From Planctomycetota bacterium (GTDB lineage Bacteria > Planctomycetota > DG-23 > DATKVD01), in NCBI GenBank assembly GCA_035530235.1, contig DATKVD010000522.1:1-54451 (forward strand): a stretch of 54,451 nt of DNA, read 5' to 3'. This document shows positions 53,251 to 54,451 of this stretch, piece by piece. Position numbers and translations under genes: made by a program. The notes below the pieces were generated by a model. It was not told where the DNA came from, searched no databases, and saw only the letters and a program-made list of their open reading frames with translations. The stretch's first letter is position 1. Each line of letters begins with the position of its first letter.

Positions 53251-54234
53251 TGCTCTGTTGAAATCCTAAGCGGGCAACCTGAGAATCATCAGGTTGTGAG
53301 TCAATACCCGCAGGCAGCACTCGCGATCCTGGGCCGCGTCGTTGCGAGCCCGTAGCGCGGAGCCCAGGCGTCTCTTGTTCTGTGAAATGGCGCTCTCGAC
53401 TTGCCAGCGGTGGCCGTAGACGCGTCGCGGAAAGCGTCGCTTCATCTGGCGGCGATACCGGCTTCGGGGCCATTTTCGTCCGGATCGTCGGGCGTTCAGA
53501 GGGATCACCGTCGAGCGGATCCCCAAGGCCTCCCGGCCGAGCCGGTGGTTGTGCTCGCCGTCGTAGGCGGCGTCGGCCAACAGACGGTCCAAGGCCATAT
53601 GTCGCGTCGCCTGGGTCACAGCTTCGGCGAACTGCGGCGAGTCGTTGGAAGGACCGCGACCGACGACGGCGCCGGCGAACAGGTGGCTGGTCGTGTGACA
53701 GACGACGGTGAGCTTCGGCCAACGTCGGCGACGAAATGGCTGATATCCTCGCCGGTCGACGTAATAGGAACTGGCATGGCGGCTTTCGAAACCCGTGGCG
53801 TCGATGGCGGCTTCGGGGCGCTCGTCGATCAGGCCGAGCGTGCGAGCGCGTCGGAAGACAGCGGCCAGGAGCGGCTGAAAAGCCCCTTTTTTAGCAGGCG
53901 CTGCTCGGCATAGCAGAGCGTGGAGTAGTGAGGGACCTTCTTGAGCCGGAGCACCCGACGCAGGTCGGAAAGGTCGTGAAGCATCTGAACGATGCCGCGG
54001 TAGTCGGTCTTGAAGAACTGCCGAAGGACAAGCATCGCAAAGAGTTGGGGTTGTGTGAAATCCTTCTTGGAGAACCGGGAGGCGTAGAGAGGCAGACCCG
54101 CTTCGCCGACCTGCAGGGCCTCGCGGGCGACAGCGACCGGTGATTTTGTCATGGAACGCACCATGAGGCACCCCCTTCCATGACTTCTTCATCGGCAAAT
54201 CTCCTCAATGGCTCCAGAGGATTTCAACAGAGCA
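53251..54234 (-). mobile_element. IS5-family insertion sequence (984 bp), apparently complete
   Basis: 17-bp perfect terminal inverted repeats: TGCTCTGTTGAAATCCT (53251-53267) and AGGATTTCAACAGAGCA (54218-54234). Flanked by a 9-bp direct repeat AGCGTCTAA (53242-53250 and 54235-54243). Encodes a DDE transposase with a Y-x2-R-x3-E-x6-K signature. Confidence 0.8.
53266..54164 (-). CDS. IS5-family DDE transposase in two frames (orfA 54164-53829, orfB continuing to 53266), joined by a -1 frameshift at A AAA AAG (53892-53886)
   Basis: The orfA frame carries a DUF772-like N-terminal domain (PQLFAMLVLRQFFKTDYRGIVQML...VPHYSTLCYAEQRLLKKG). The -1 frame continues KKGAFQPLLAAVFRR... with DDE residues (AIDATGFES, LLADAAYDG, YGHRWQVESAISQNK). 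The first ~100 aa of the 310-aa ORF-track ORF are out-of-frame read-through. Confidence 0.7.
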
Positions 54235-54270
54235 AGCGTCTAACAAAACGAGGCAGCTTCCCTCTAGACA

Positions 54271-54437
54271 GCCCCCGTAGGGGGCGGAAGCATGTAGCCG
54301 GGGGCGTAAGCCCCCGGTACACAGGGCAACAAGGATCGTTAGCCCCGGAGGGGCGGCAGAAGCGTTGCGTGACCTCCTGTCGCCCCGTTGGGGCTCGGGC
54401 GAATATGAGAATCCCCACCGGGGGCTCACGCCCCCGG
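54271..54437. repeat. Cluster of five short GC-rich palindromic hairpins (REP-like), running into the window edge
   Basis: GCCCCC-GTA-GGGGGC (54271-54285). CCGGGGGC-GTAA-GCCCCCGG (54298-54317). GCCCC-GGA-GGGGC (54342-54354). GCCCC-GTT-GGGGC (54382-54394). CCGGGGGC-TCAC-GCCCCCGG (54418-54437). Confidence 0.5.
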
Positions 54438-54451
54438 CTATTCACTGACGC

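Noticed and set aside
50240-53722. 1160-aa minus-strand ORF spanning the GH20, amidohydrolase and part of the IS. Also 46226-48226 (+) over pyrG/kdsB, 49010-50206 (+) over the GT4 gene, 38301-39773 (+), 41110-42375, 42472-43566 and 42891-44153 (+) over the regulatory genes, and 44751-45692 (-) over the cyclase.
   Set aside because: These are antisense to genes with strong family signatures. One runs through an IS boundary, which a real gene would not. Composition is typical of antisense GC-rich frames.
54271-54437. Hairpin cluster considered as a CRISPR array.
   Set aside because: The repeat units are only 13-20 nt, are themselves palindromes with differing loops, and have irregular spacing. 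There are no uniform repeat-spacer units and no cas genes in the window.

Overview
54.5-kb GC-rich bacterial chromosomal window with very little non-coding DNA. Lineage is only a guess (PVC/Planctomycetota-like or another high-GC lineage). All family assignments come from motifs I recognise by eye; nothing was searched.

The core (14.4-38.2 kb, all minus strand) is a ~23.7-kb run of 29 flagellar ORFs in Firmicute/spirochaete-like order: flgB-flgC-fliE-fliF-fliG-fliH-fliI-fliJ-ylxF/motE-like-fliK-flgD-(small flagellar operon protein)-flgE-flbD-motA-motB-fliL-fliN-fliO-fliP-fliQ-fliR-flhB-flhA-flhF-flhG-(small 2-TM ORF)-fliA-(small acidic ORF). A consensus-perfect sigma-54 promoter (TGGCACGGTTTTTGCA, 38182-38197) sits in front of flgB.

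Immediately upstream lies a co-directional five-gene set: a minimal MerR-type HTH protein, a 787-aa membrane-anchored TPR protein, a FlgN-like chaperone, a sensor-less histidine kinase and an NtrC-type sigma-54 activator. Divergent from it, across a 762-nt lower-GC spacer, is a REC-like/GAF/GGDEF diguanylate cyclase.

Left flank:
- A sugar module: isomerase fragment, Gfo/Idh/MocA oxidoreductase, FGGY kinase, class-I aldolase.
- An own-promoter overlapping pair: a CxxCH + PD40 beta-propeller protein and a TMTC-like GT-C/TPR membrane protein.
- tRNA-Phe, ribF, a PpiD/SurA-like chaperone and topA.

Right flank:
- DUF1844-pyrG-kdsB and a GT4 glycosyltransferase.
- A GH20-like hydrolase plus an amidohydrolase.
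- A complete IS5-family element whose transposase needs a -1 frameshift at A AAA AAG.
- A cluster of small GC hairpins running into the window edge.

No CRISPR array, rRNA or obvious defence or toxin-antitoxin genes were seen. The many 300-1100-aa ORFs antisense to the called genes are GC-composition artefacts.

Most worth a second look:
- The MerR/TPR/FlgN/kinase/activator set feeding the sigma-54 promoter.
- The two unassigned small ORFs flanking fliA.
- The missing fliM.
- The CxxCH-PD40/TMTC-like pair.
- The 762-nt spacer.
- The IS frameshift site.
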